From positions 19,901,245 to 19,965,244 of the forward strand of contig NC_134028.1 of the NCBI RefSeq assembly GCF_964204645.1: DNA of 64,000 nucleotides. The letters run 5' to 3'. How positions within the stretch are numbered: the stretch's first letter is position 1; every line of letters begins with the position of its first letter. Positions 54,636-64,000 of this stretch are shown here, piece after piece. This stretch comes from Tubulanus polymorphus. Its lineage: Eukaryota > Animalia > Nemertea. The translations under genes were made by a program, and so were the position numbers. The notes beneath the pieces are model-generated. The model saw nothing but the letters and a program-made list of their open reading frames with translations, did not search any database and was not told the DNA's origin.

Positions 54636-55781
54636 TTACTCGTTTCCCGGAGGCGGGGTCTCAAATTCATATAAATTATTCACTGTGTGCGTTCTATCTC
54701 GTGGTATAAATGATTGAGCTTGCTGTCTAAGAGGCGGCGGTTCACGTGAATTATCCTGATAAACTGAACTTCCCCGGAAACGATCAAATCGATTATCAGC
54801 TGGTTGCCTCACTTGCGAATATTGTCGTTGCGGTAGACGGTTGGAATTTGTCGGATTATTATAGTTTTGCCGTGGACTCCGACATTGTCGGGCGATATGA
54901 CCACGACGACCACAATTATGGCATATTCGGCATCTTGATGTTGTATGCCCTACCGTTTGACAATACTCGCAGTATGGCCGACCATCCGACAATCTAATCG
55001 GTCGAGATTTGTTTTGACTCGTTTCACCCTTTTGTAACTGCAACAACTCAGTCAATTTCTCATTTAAACCTTTTACTTCCTGCTCTAAGGCTATCTGGCG
55101 GGAATAATCTATATTCAATGACCTGATTGATGCCTGTGCCGGCGATATTTTTTCAAGTTCCTGCGATAATCTGGCATAAGTTATCGCCTGGTCAAAATTG
55201 ATTGGGCATTTCCCAATTACAAACGCCTTTGTGGCTGGTAGCAACCCATGCAGAAATGGCTGCAACAGGTCCTCACCCGACTTCTCAAGTTTACCAGCCA
55301 AGTAAAGTAACCTCCTAATATACGAGTCAAGTGACTCACCTTCATTCATCTTCAACATGTAAAATTGTTGCTGAGTCACAAATTGCATGTCCTTATTCTT
55401 AAACTTTTCTTTAAACAAATCTAAAATTTCCTCTAAAGATCTTTCTATGATCTTATTTTCCGCATCTAGCGGAGGGTTTGATCGTAAATAGTAATAGTAC
55501 TCTCGGGCACGCCCTTTCAAGTACATCGGTAAAGCGGCCAGCGCTTTACTCTTCTTCCACCCCCCAAACTCAACTCTTATTTGAAAATCCCGCAAAAAAT
55601 CTACAATATCTTCATCTGCATCCCCAGAAAAGTGAATATCAGGCCTAAAAGCTAGCCCGTCTGGGGTGACCGTTGTCCCCGCTTCCAAAGTAGCAATTTG
55701 AGTCTGCAACTGATTAATTTTACTCACAAAGTCTGGTGATGTAGCTTGACTGTTTTCCAAACTAAAGACCGGCACATTCAT
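54636..55781 (-). CDS. gag: Gag with zinc knuckles
   Basis: FSGDADEDIVDFLRDF, YLKGRAREYY, CEYCQTVGHTTSRC, CHNCGRRGHIARQC. Confidence 0.92.
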   Translation of the reverse strand: MNVPVFSLENSQATSPDFVSKINQLQTQIATLEAGTTVTPDGLAFRPDIHFSGDADEDIVDFLRDFQIRVEFGGWKKSKALAALPMYLKGRAREYYYYLRSNPPLDAENKIIERSLEEILDLFKEKFKNKDMQFVTQQQFYMLKMNEGESLDSYIRRLLYLAGKLEKSGEDLLQPFLHGLLPATKAFVIGKCPINFDQAITYARLSQELEKISPAQASIRSLNIDYSRQIALEQEVKGLNEKLTELLQLQKGETSQNKSRPIRLSDGRPYCEYCQTVGHTTSRCRICHNCGRRGHIARQCRSPRQNYNNPTNSNRLPQRQYSQVRQPADNRFDRFRGSSVYQDNSREPPPLRQQAQSFIPRDRTHTVNNLYEFETPPPGNE

Positions 55782-55933
55782 TTTCACAACTTACGTCAAA
55801 TTTTCTTCACGTCCAAAGTATTTGAGTCTTCCGTTCGCGCTTGAATTTTCCCGAGTTCGCTGTTGTTATAGTTTTCTTCTGCGCTCACTTTTCCTCTTAA
55901 TAGTTGTCAAAAATTGCCCGGGTCCTACACCAT

Positions 55934-56358
55934 TGATCGATTGCCTCTAAGATGTCTTCTCTCCAAAAATCAAACTAACGACCAGGCAATCTCATAGGAT
56001 CTACTGCTGACAACTGTCCTGGTGGCTGCCAAAAATTGAACTCCCTCTCTCTACTTGTTCCCCGACTTAACTAGTATCTCCCTCTACCAAGTTTCAACCA
56101 CGTGATCTCTCCCTACCAAATTTAGTGTGGTTTCTACAGAATCTGCAGCCTCCATCAACCACTCTCCGCCTAGAAATATATTCCCAACCACCAACACTAC
56201 ATACCAAGTTTCTGAATCATGTTTTCTGAACTATTCCCTTAGACTAAGATATTTCTTGTTTGCTTCGTTAAACCCAACTGTTCCCATTAAATCATTATTT
56301 TTTTCCCAGACGTTACTAATATTTATTTCATTATTTGGTTAACCCTAGTCAACTATCA
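55934..56358 (-). repeat. 5-prime LTR of nested element
   Basis: Followed on minus by the PBS. Confidence 0.95.
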
Positions 56359-57903
56359 ATAGGACCAATGGCTGCATGGGATGCAGAGCTACGGATGGGG
56401 GCTGGAGTAGTGTTCCAGCCAGTTGACGAGATAAATGTAGCAGCAACAAAATGGGAACATAGTGTTATGATTCCTTTAGTAGATGTTTCCCGGTTTTCAA
56501 TGACAATTCCTAATATGACGTGTGGAATGCCCAATGCCGAATGCCGACAAATAGAGAAAATGTTTCGCCTAATGCGTTTGCGTAAAATCCGAGCTGATCA
56601 AAAATTTAACAGTTCCAGGCGTATGATTGAATCATTATTACCTGTTGAAATTCCGAGTACAAGAAGAGAAGGCCGTATGAAACGAACACCACTATCATTC
56701 ATCGGAGATGTCGCCAGTTTGATTTTTGGGGTCGCCACTACTGAGCAGTTACAAATAGTGGAAAGACATATGAATAAGTTTGATGCATTACAAAAAGTAG
56801 ATCATAAAGCTATTGTCCAGTTACAAGAACGGTTAACTAGCTTTGCCAACGTAACAGATTCTAGATTTAAGTTAGTCAAGTTTCTAGTACGACAAAACAG
56901 AGATTAAGATCAAAACATACGGACCGTTGGTTGCAATCAATGTTACATATGATAAAAATACCCCTTGCACGAACTGCTTCATTAAAACAATTTACGCCAG
57001 TCGGCTTTTCAATAAGCCGCTAAGGAGATTGTGTAGTGGGGAAATTTTTACTAAATTTTGGATGGTGCATCAGCGGGATGCAGTCTTAATGAGTGACGAC
57101 CTCCCATAGAGATATGGCGGCCAGCCTGTCTATAACGACTCTTCGCCACAAATAGCAGTACATGTTATCCCTGCCTAGACTACGGATGAATTTGCTTTCT
57201 GAGGCAATGGGTGGGGACTAGCAGCTGACATCTCGGCGATTCGGATGTATCTGATCAGTATATCCATTTTTGCATAAATTTCGGCTCATCTTTATAAAAT
57301 GCACTTAGAAAATTATTATGGAATTATTCATTAATTGTTGAAGCTGTCTGTTGCCAACATGTGCTGGGCACACGATAATCAACTAAATGATGTACTTGGC
57401 ATCAGTATTAATTTACGTCGTTGATTGGAGTCGGGACAGGTTGGACAAACCATCTTAAACGGTTAAAAATCGAGGCGGTCAGTGTATGGAAAGGGAGAGG
57501 AACATAATAAAAAAGGGAAACTTTCGGTGTATACTGTTTTAATAATGCTTACTTCCAAAAAAGGGGAAGAGAAGTTGGTGGTTTTGTATCTAACTAAATT
57601 TGTATTATCATACTAAATGTGGTATAAAAAGAAACGAACTCCAGTGAGTGTAAATAGATCTGGTCATTCTTCTCGTTCTGAAATATAGGATTTGTATTTG
57701 CATAAGTTTTTTTTTAATTCCCATATGGTTCATATTGTAATTTCTCGGACTGAAATACGAATTTGTTATATTTGCTTGTATATTTTATAAAATTCTTACC
57801 GGGTTCGCTGCCACTGGAATTTGTAGGTGAAGGAGGTGGGAAGTAGCTAGCCAGCGACGGCAGGGAGCTGGAGGTGCTGCTTGCAGAAGGGCTAGCAGGG
57901 GTA

Positions 57904-58994
57904 TCAGGGATGTGAAGGATGGGATATCTGGAATGGGGACATGCGGTTATAGGGTGGAGGTTGTGGCCCCCGACCGGAGGGCGAGGGGTCCACGCTCTGG
58001 TCTGTGGGCGCGTTAGTACGACGGGAATAGGGATGCATGCGGAGGGTGCCGCCGCTTGGTTGCCCCCTTCCCGTGCCCCTTTGCCGCGCCGTATGTTGCC
58101 CTCGTGTTGGGGATGGGGTGGATGGAACTGGGAGCCCTGCGTAAATAGACAATATATATAGAGGTAACATGTGGAATTGTGTTTGTGGCGTTGCCATAGT
58201 ATAATTATTAGCATTAGAACATATAACTAATGGTATACGCAATGAATAAATAAATACGTATGAACTATGGTTGTAAAGAGGGATATATATAATGTATACC
58301 TGAAAACGCGGCGCGTAAGTCGTCGGTGGCAGCCCGAATTATGTTTAATAATTGTTGTCGGTTGCCTGCGTTGCAAAAGTATATTAGAAAAAGCAGTTAT
58401 AAATTGTTTTTTTTGGTACATAAAATGAATTAAGAAGTATTACCGGGCTGTGCTAGAATAAAGCCATACAGCATGTGTAGGACCAGTGAGGCTGATATGA
58501 AAAACAAAATATGACAGGATGAGATATATATGTTGTTAATTTTGAGGTTTCTAATTTTATATACTTCATGCTTTGAAGCACGGTATTCGTACGTTGCCGT
58601 ACAGTACCTTGGTAGTGCTGATTAAAAAAAAAAAAAAACAAAGAAAGAAAAAAAAAAGGGATTGTATATATAAAAGTATTGTTGCATAATATAATACAAC
58701 GGTAATGAAATGGACTGAAGTGCAATTAACGTTTTTACAATTAGTAATTATAGTTACATGACTAACATTGTTAAAATTCAAGGTTTTTCTGGTATTATAT
58801 TGTTCACATTTTTAGAAATAGCGCATGGGGTAATAGATCTTATCAGGGGCGATGTGACCGTTTAAAATAACAAAGTGCAAGAGTGGCGCATAATGTATTA
58901 TCGCATGTAATGATAAAACTGTACAAAATGGTTGGTGTGTTAGTTTATAAGTATTCAAAATAAGTTGCTTACCGAAAAACTCTATCGGGTCCAT
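57904..58994 (-). CDS. Putative antisense multi-exon accessory gene inside the outer gypsy
   Basis: First exon 58994-58973 (MDPIEFF) conserved with 25493-25472; phase-1 exons 58491-58444, 58365-58300 and 58136-57904 join in frame. Confidence 0.5.
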
Positions 58995-59312
58995 TGTGAA
59001 TGATAATCCGGATGGTAATGAGGGTTTAGTCTTTATGGCGGATGGAAGTAGAATGTTTCAGAGATGGGGATTTTACTCAGTATCAAGGGTGACTTTTTGG
59101 CCAGGTGTACTGTTATTGTTGCTGGTCAGGAAAAAATAATGGGTTTTTTTTCTCTCTCTACCATCCAGATGTTGAAAATTTATGTGCGTCAGTTGCAAGA
59201 TTGTTGTATCATTTATCATAAAGCACCATTTTTATTGCCTTACGGTGAAGTTCAAGAGGTGAAAGTTGTTAAAAAAGAAAAACAAAAAAGAAAAAGTTGT
59301 TTATGGAAGTAA

Positions 59313-59997
59313 TGCTAGGTTCACACACACGATTTTTCGTCGAGGAATCGAGCAACTCACAGTCGAGGACAACTATTTTGAAGTGAGTCATGTGTGTGAA
59401 CGAAAAAGTTGCTCGATTTTCCTCGACACAACTCTAGTCTCGACTAGTTGAGAGAAATAGAACATGTTCTATTTCTCTCAACTCAGTCGAGGAGTTGAGA
59501 GAAATCTAACCAATCAACATGCAGTATATTCGCGCGCATTTTAATAGTCTTCCTTTCTGGTAAGAGAGGGCAATATATTTCTACAATTTCTACAATAAAA
59601 GAATAAACCTTTAAAATCTCATCAATCGCATGTCTATCAGATAATTGATATATGAGACTCATGAATTCTCTTTAAAATTTCTGGAGTCAGGCGGTACCAG
59701 GATCCCCTAACACCGGGCATGATATATCCATATGGATGCTGGATAGGCCAAAGTCGTTTTATCACAATTATCTTTTTGATTTCTACTTAAATTGCAATTT
59801 CTTGTTCATCCTTCTATGCCTTCTATGCACTGCTGCATCTACGCCCAGCTGGAGTTGTGTGAATTAAGCTGTGTGTGTGAACACACATTTTGACACAACT
59901 TTGTTTATTTATCTAACCGGGTCAGAAGTTGAGAAATCGAGAAGTTGAGACAACTTCTCAATTTTCTCTTCAAAAAGTTGTGTGTGTGAACCCAGCA
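59313..59997. mobile_element. PIF/Harbinger-type MITE
   Basis: TIRs TGCTAGGTTCACACACAC and GTGTGTGTGAACCCAGCA; TAA TSD at 59310-59312 and 59998-60000. Confidence 0.85.
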
Positions 59998-60118
59998 TAA
60001 GGGGTACTGATTTTGCACTATTGCTAGCTACGGCTCTTAAAAAAATCTTTGGAAGTGCAAACGGGCTTCAGTATTTTTTTTGGCGATTGGGGGTCCAATC
60101 GTCTGGAAAGGGGGATGG

Positions 60119-60718
60119 TATTGGAGTAATAAATTACCTATTTAGACAGTGGGAAATAAGCCGGAGTTCAAGGCAGTAGTTGCGGTTAGCAGGCGACCTA
60201 CGTGAATACTTACGTCACACATAAGAGAGAAGCATAGAAGATAGGTGAGAGTGACGTGGGTGTCTACGTGGGAAAGCTTGTTATAGCAGCAGCCTTGAGC
60301 TCTGGAAAGTTGAGTTATAAATTTAGCGCTCGTGACGTATAACACACGTAGAAATGATTTACATGGCCAGTAGGACTGTAGTAATAGAATAAGACGTCTC
60401 TGGCGATGAGGCCAAGCGGTGTGGAAATATACGTCACGAGCGAAGGAAGAATAAGTATAAAAAGGGAGGGTTTTAATGCAGTGGGGTCGAAAGCTTGGTC
60501 GGTAGAGCTGGGTCGGTTGAGCTAGTGGTTAGAACTAGAGGGGACGTGCTAGGAAGATTGTAAGAAGAGAGTATAAGAATAAAGATCTGGATCGATAGAA
60601 GAAGCTAGTTGTAGTTAATTTATGAGAAGAACCCCATGGAACTACGCTGGTGAAACGCAAACAACGCAGGTGGTCAACACACGTCACCCGGACACTGGGA
60701 AAGAGGACCCCCACAACA
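60119..60718 (+). repeat. 3-prime LTR of outer gypsy
   Basis: Direct repeat of 38916-39515. Confidence 0.95.
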
Positions 60719-62643
60719 GAATCAGTGCAGGAGAATGTGCAGTTAGAATGGCTAAACGAGGTGTAATATCATTCCTTCACTCAATGGTTACATCCCTCCT
60801 GATATGTGTTATTTTTCAAACATGTTTCAATGTCGTGCAAAGTTTATTAAATCATAATCGTAGGTGTTTGTTTCCAATCACCCAGGGGCCGATATTGTGG
60901 GTTTAAATTGCCAGTTTGATTATAACGCGCAACTGAAAACGATGAAATTGATGAAAGATGCCCTGAATGAAGCTGGTTTATCTCCATTTCTGATGATGCA
61001 GCCAATCGGATTCCTTTCTCCTGAAACTGAGTATCTAGTTGAAGGATATTCTCAACTACCCGAGTACTTGTTAGGTGAGCTGAAATAACAATAGGATCGT
61101 CTCGATATTGAAATAAGTAATATTTAGATGCTTTTCATTTTCAGCGATGGAACCACGCATTCTTACTCGTTGGGAATGTAGAGACTATGCCCGTAAAGTT
61201 TATGAACTTGGAGTGAGGTACATCGGAGGATGTTGCGGATTCGAGAGTTATCATATTCGTGAAATGGCCGAAGAGGTTTGTACACGAAATGTTGCATTGC
61301 ATTTCGATATCCAAATCACATTGGGAAATCCATTCGCATGATAATTCCCATTATAATTACAGTTGTCCGAGGAACGAGGATTCAGACCACCCGGAAAAGA
61401 TCATAATTTACCATTCGCGGCTGGATATGGACAGAGTGTATATGAACATGATCGTCAAAAGTAAACCGATAGCCGGATAATCCTGACGTTTTTATACCAG
61501 TATCCATATTGCGCGGAAGCGTCTCTTTATATATCATGCTCTTATATTTATTGCAGACACGGTAGAGATTATTGGATGAATCTAATCCCTAAAACCGGTC
61601 GTCCAAACAGCGCTGCTTACAACTCAGAAAAGGAACTCATTCATTTGTAACAACAAACCCATTACGTTTTTTGTATCGATTGTGTGATTATAGTATAATT
61701 GGTCCATTTGTAATCATGTAACATTTTTGTTTTTTCTTTCAATTTCTTTATCCTGTGAGTATCTTTCTTCTTAGTATGAACTGACACGATGAATAACTAA
61801 ATTAATGTACAACCTATGCCTTCATCTCCCAAATAACGATAGTGATCGCGCGAACGCCTAGTTTTCCCGATGATAACTTTTTCCTTCTCTGATAGGGATA
61901 TTTGGGGAAAGTTCATTACATTCAGAAAAGGCCTGATGATTAAGAGTCGAAACGATAGGTACAATGAAACTAGTCCCATCAGTATCACTTTGGTGATCTG
62001 GTTTAATATCTGAGTATGCCGAACTAAGCCATCAACTGTCCTCATGTGTTGTCAAAAGTTGAAGATTCTCAATGCCGTCCTGGTCCAAATACTTACGTAT
62101 GTAATCATTGGCAGGATCCCTCGCAATTTAGAGAATGAAATTAAACTAAGTTAATATTAAACAGCTATACTTCGTGACGGAAATTCAGTTCTTTGTCTGG
62201 CCAGCTAATTATTGATATAGATTTGGTGGAATTATCCTCAGGCTTCATTCAAAATCTCCCATTTACTTTTATTGGTTGGTCTAGTCAATTTTGGTATAGG
62301 ATATCGACCCACTAACTCCCTTACCCGTAATGCTTCCCTTGAAAAAACCTTTCCCGTGCATTGGACACCGTCTGGAACAACTGGGAACTCGTTTCATCTG
62401 CCCACCGGTTTCCGGGGCACTGCAAACTGCGAACCGTCAATGAAATCAATACATCACTACATTCATTTTATGCCGACTAGAATTATCTATTTGCATTTAT
62501 AAACAAATGATTGACACAAATTTGAATCGTATAGAACAAGGAAACCCGAAACCTAGAACTGAATTAGAATTAGAACATAGATCTTCTAGTATGATAGAAT
62601 GTTGCTCGAATTATCCATCATTTCCGTGGCATTTTCTAGTTTT

Positions 62644-63380
62644 CTAGTTTCTCATTTGTTTCAAGCCTGTTCTCGAAGATCTAAAATTATTTCTTAGATC
62701 TTTCACATTGTTTCTTGCGAAATCATTAGTCAGCGAGCTGCCCTTTCTAGAATTGAAGACCCTCGGCGAAGAGTCACCTTGTCGACCTGGTAGGTGCTTG
62801 ATATCGCGTTTGACGATAGACTTGCAATTCAATTTGCTCAGTGGTCCCGATATGGCCTTGCCGTAACACTCGAAAGGACGAGATGATGCCTGCCAATCAA
62901 ACAAACACAATTGAAAATGCTTTTTCTTTGGTGAACCTTTCAAATACAACACTGATAATCACTATTATAAGAATACTAAGAGGTTATAAATAATTGCGAC
63001 TTTTTCCAGTCTTGAATTGCGTAAAAACCCACAATATAGATCCAAAACAACAGCTACTATTTTATTCTAACGTTTGGGGTGGGATACTTCAACCCATATT
63101 CAGAGATTTGTTTCAGATACCGAGAGTTATTTCTGTTAATTCGTCTTTCCATGAGGAATATCAACTGCACATAGGACCAATGAGGTTTGTAGACTTTAGG
63201 TTCATAAGTTAAGCTACGATGGATTATTGGATCATTATTGACGAAATGCTTCGACGATTAACAAACGGCGTTTCCTCACCATGGACATATATTTACCTTG
63301 CTACGTGTACTTTCATATATGGCATCGGTTGAAACCCAGAAAACCGCCACAAAAATCACCAAAAAACTTATCAATTTCAT
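62644..63380 (-). CDS. Small secreted cationic protein (109 aa), paralog of 26460-26992; exons 63380-63297 and 62889-62644
   Basis: MKLISFLVIFVAVFWVSTDA signal peptide; same intron position; shared YGKAISGPLSKL.C motif. Confidence 0.8.
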
Positions 63381-64000
63381 GTTGTTTCCAAAAACTGCAA
63401 TCAAATCATTGAAATAGAGACTGGTTCCCGGCTATGCCAGAACCAGAGACTGGTTCCCGACTTTGCCAGAACATGGATATTTTGCGTAAATGATCTTACC
63501 TGTATGATGTGTGTTGAGATTTAACGTGCTGTTGAAGCGACCGACGAATGTTTCATTTTGTCGATTAAATCTTGCGAGTTTTGTACATACATTGGGCTGA
63601 ATAATATTTAAACAGAAGTTGCTGAACGGCCTCGGAATTAGCACTTCACTGTACTATAGATTTGATTCCAACTATTTACAGGATCGATTCGATTATTTTT
63701 GCCATGTTTAATCTGTGTGATTTGTTTACAGTCGTTGCTGGAAATTTAAAGTACGATGGAGGTTGTACATTTTTCATCCACACAATGAAATAAAATCCTG
63801 TAAAAGACTTAATATGAACTGTAGATTCAAATATTAACCAAACTTCGCCCGGTTCCACAATTCCACAGAAGAGTCGACTTGACGAAAATGAATCCATTTT
63901 AACCCTTGAATCAAATTCAACCGAACTTTGTCCAGGACTGTGGAATTAGACCCTAGATAAGCAAGTCCAGAAGTGTTGAACTGGGTCCGAAGCTGCCGAA

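Larger units (their letters stand above)
44881..56358 (-). mobile_element. Nested env-encoding Ty3/gypsy (errantivirus-like) element, nearly intact
   Basis: 425-bp TG...CA LTRs, TSD ATAG (44877-44880 and 56359-56362), PBS TGGTGTAGGACCCGGG, PPT near 45306-45316; gag, pol, env. Confidence 0.97.
44835..56907 (+). pseudogene. env: Env of the outer element, split by the nested element (44835-44880 plus 56363-56907) and truncated
   Basis: Joined reading MVRSIVHIVMIWSWIGPMAAWDAELRMGAGVVFQ...RMKR|TPLSFIGDVASLIFGVATTEQL; splice acceptor TTGTTTTAG directly upstream. Confidence 0.85.
38916..60718 (+). mobile_element. Ty3/gypsy LTR retrotransposon with env remnant (outer element), defective
   Basis: 600-bp apparently identical LTRs, TSD GAAT (38912-38915 and 60719-60722), PBS TGGTGGAGAAT, PPT GGAAAGGGGGATGG, order gag-PR-RT-RH-IN-chromo-env. 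Confidence 0.97.
37878..61650 (+). pseudogene. BHMT: Betaine-homocysteine S-methyltransferase-like gene, exon 4 disrupted by an LTR retrotransposon
   Basis: Approximate exons 37878-38022, 38264-38376, 38491-38682, 38806-38915 plus 60723-60760, 60886-61074, 61145-61275, 61362-61459, 61556-61650. IIIGDG, EKRGYV.AG.YTPE, LHKEFARAGADVMQAFTF, Zn ligands GLNC and IGGCCGF. Removing the insertion and one TSD restores GPVGCMDGISAGECAVRM. Confidence 0.93.

Overview
Eukaryotic, most likely invertebrate animal, DNA dominated by virus-like mobile elements. 1-10111 is the right arm of a Polinton/Maverick, apparently inside an intron of a polycystin-1-like gene. It carries minor capsid, chromodomain integrase, core protein, packaging ATPase, protein-primed PolB and an AGTAGT-type terminus, plus two unexpected genes: a TBP homolog and an intron-containing tandem-PC4 gene. 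The PKD1-like gene (minus strand, 10772-22358) is cut mid-exon by a non-coding LTR element whose flanks share no TSD, which suggests an LTR-mediated rearrangement. Next come a small secreted cationic protein gene (paralog at 62644-63380), a candidate antimicrobial prepropeptide gene and a BMPER/crossveinless-2-like gene. A BHMT gene is interrupted in a coding exon by an env-bearing Ty3/gypsy element (600-bp LTRs, GAAT TSD). That element contains a second, nearly intact env-bearing gypsy element (425-bp LTRs, ATAG TSD), a Harbinger-type MITE and an antisense spliced gene. All calls come from reading motifs by eye; no database searches were run.
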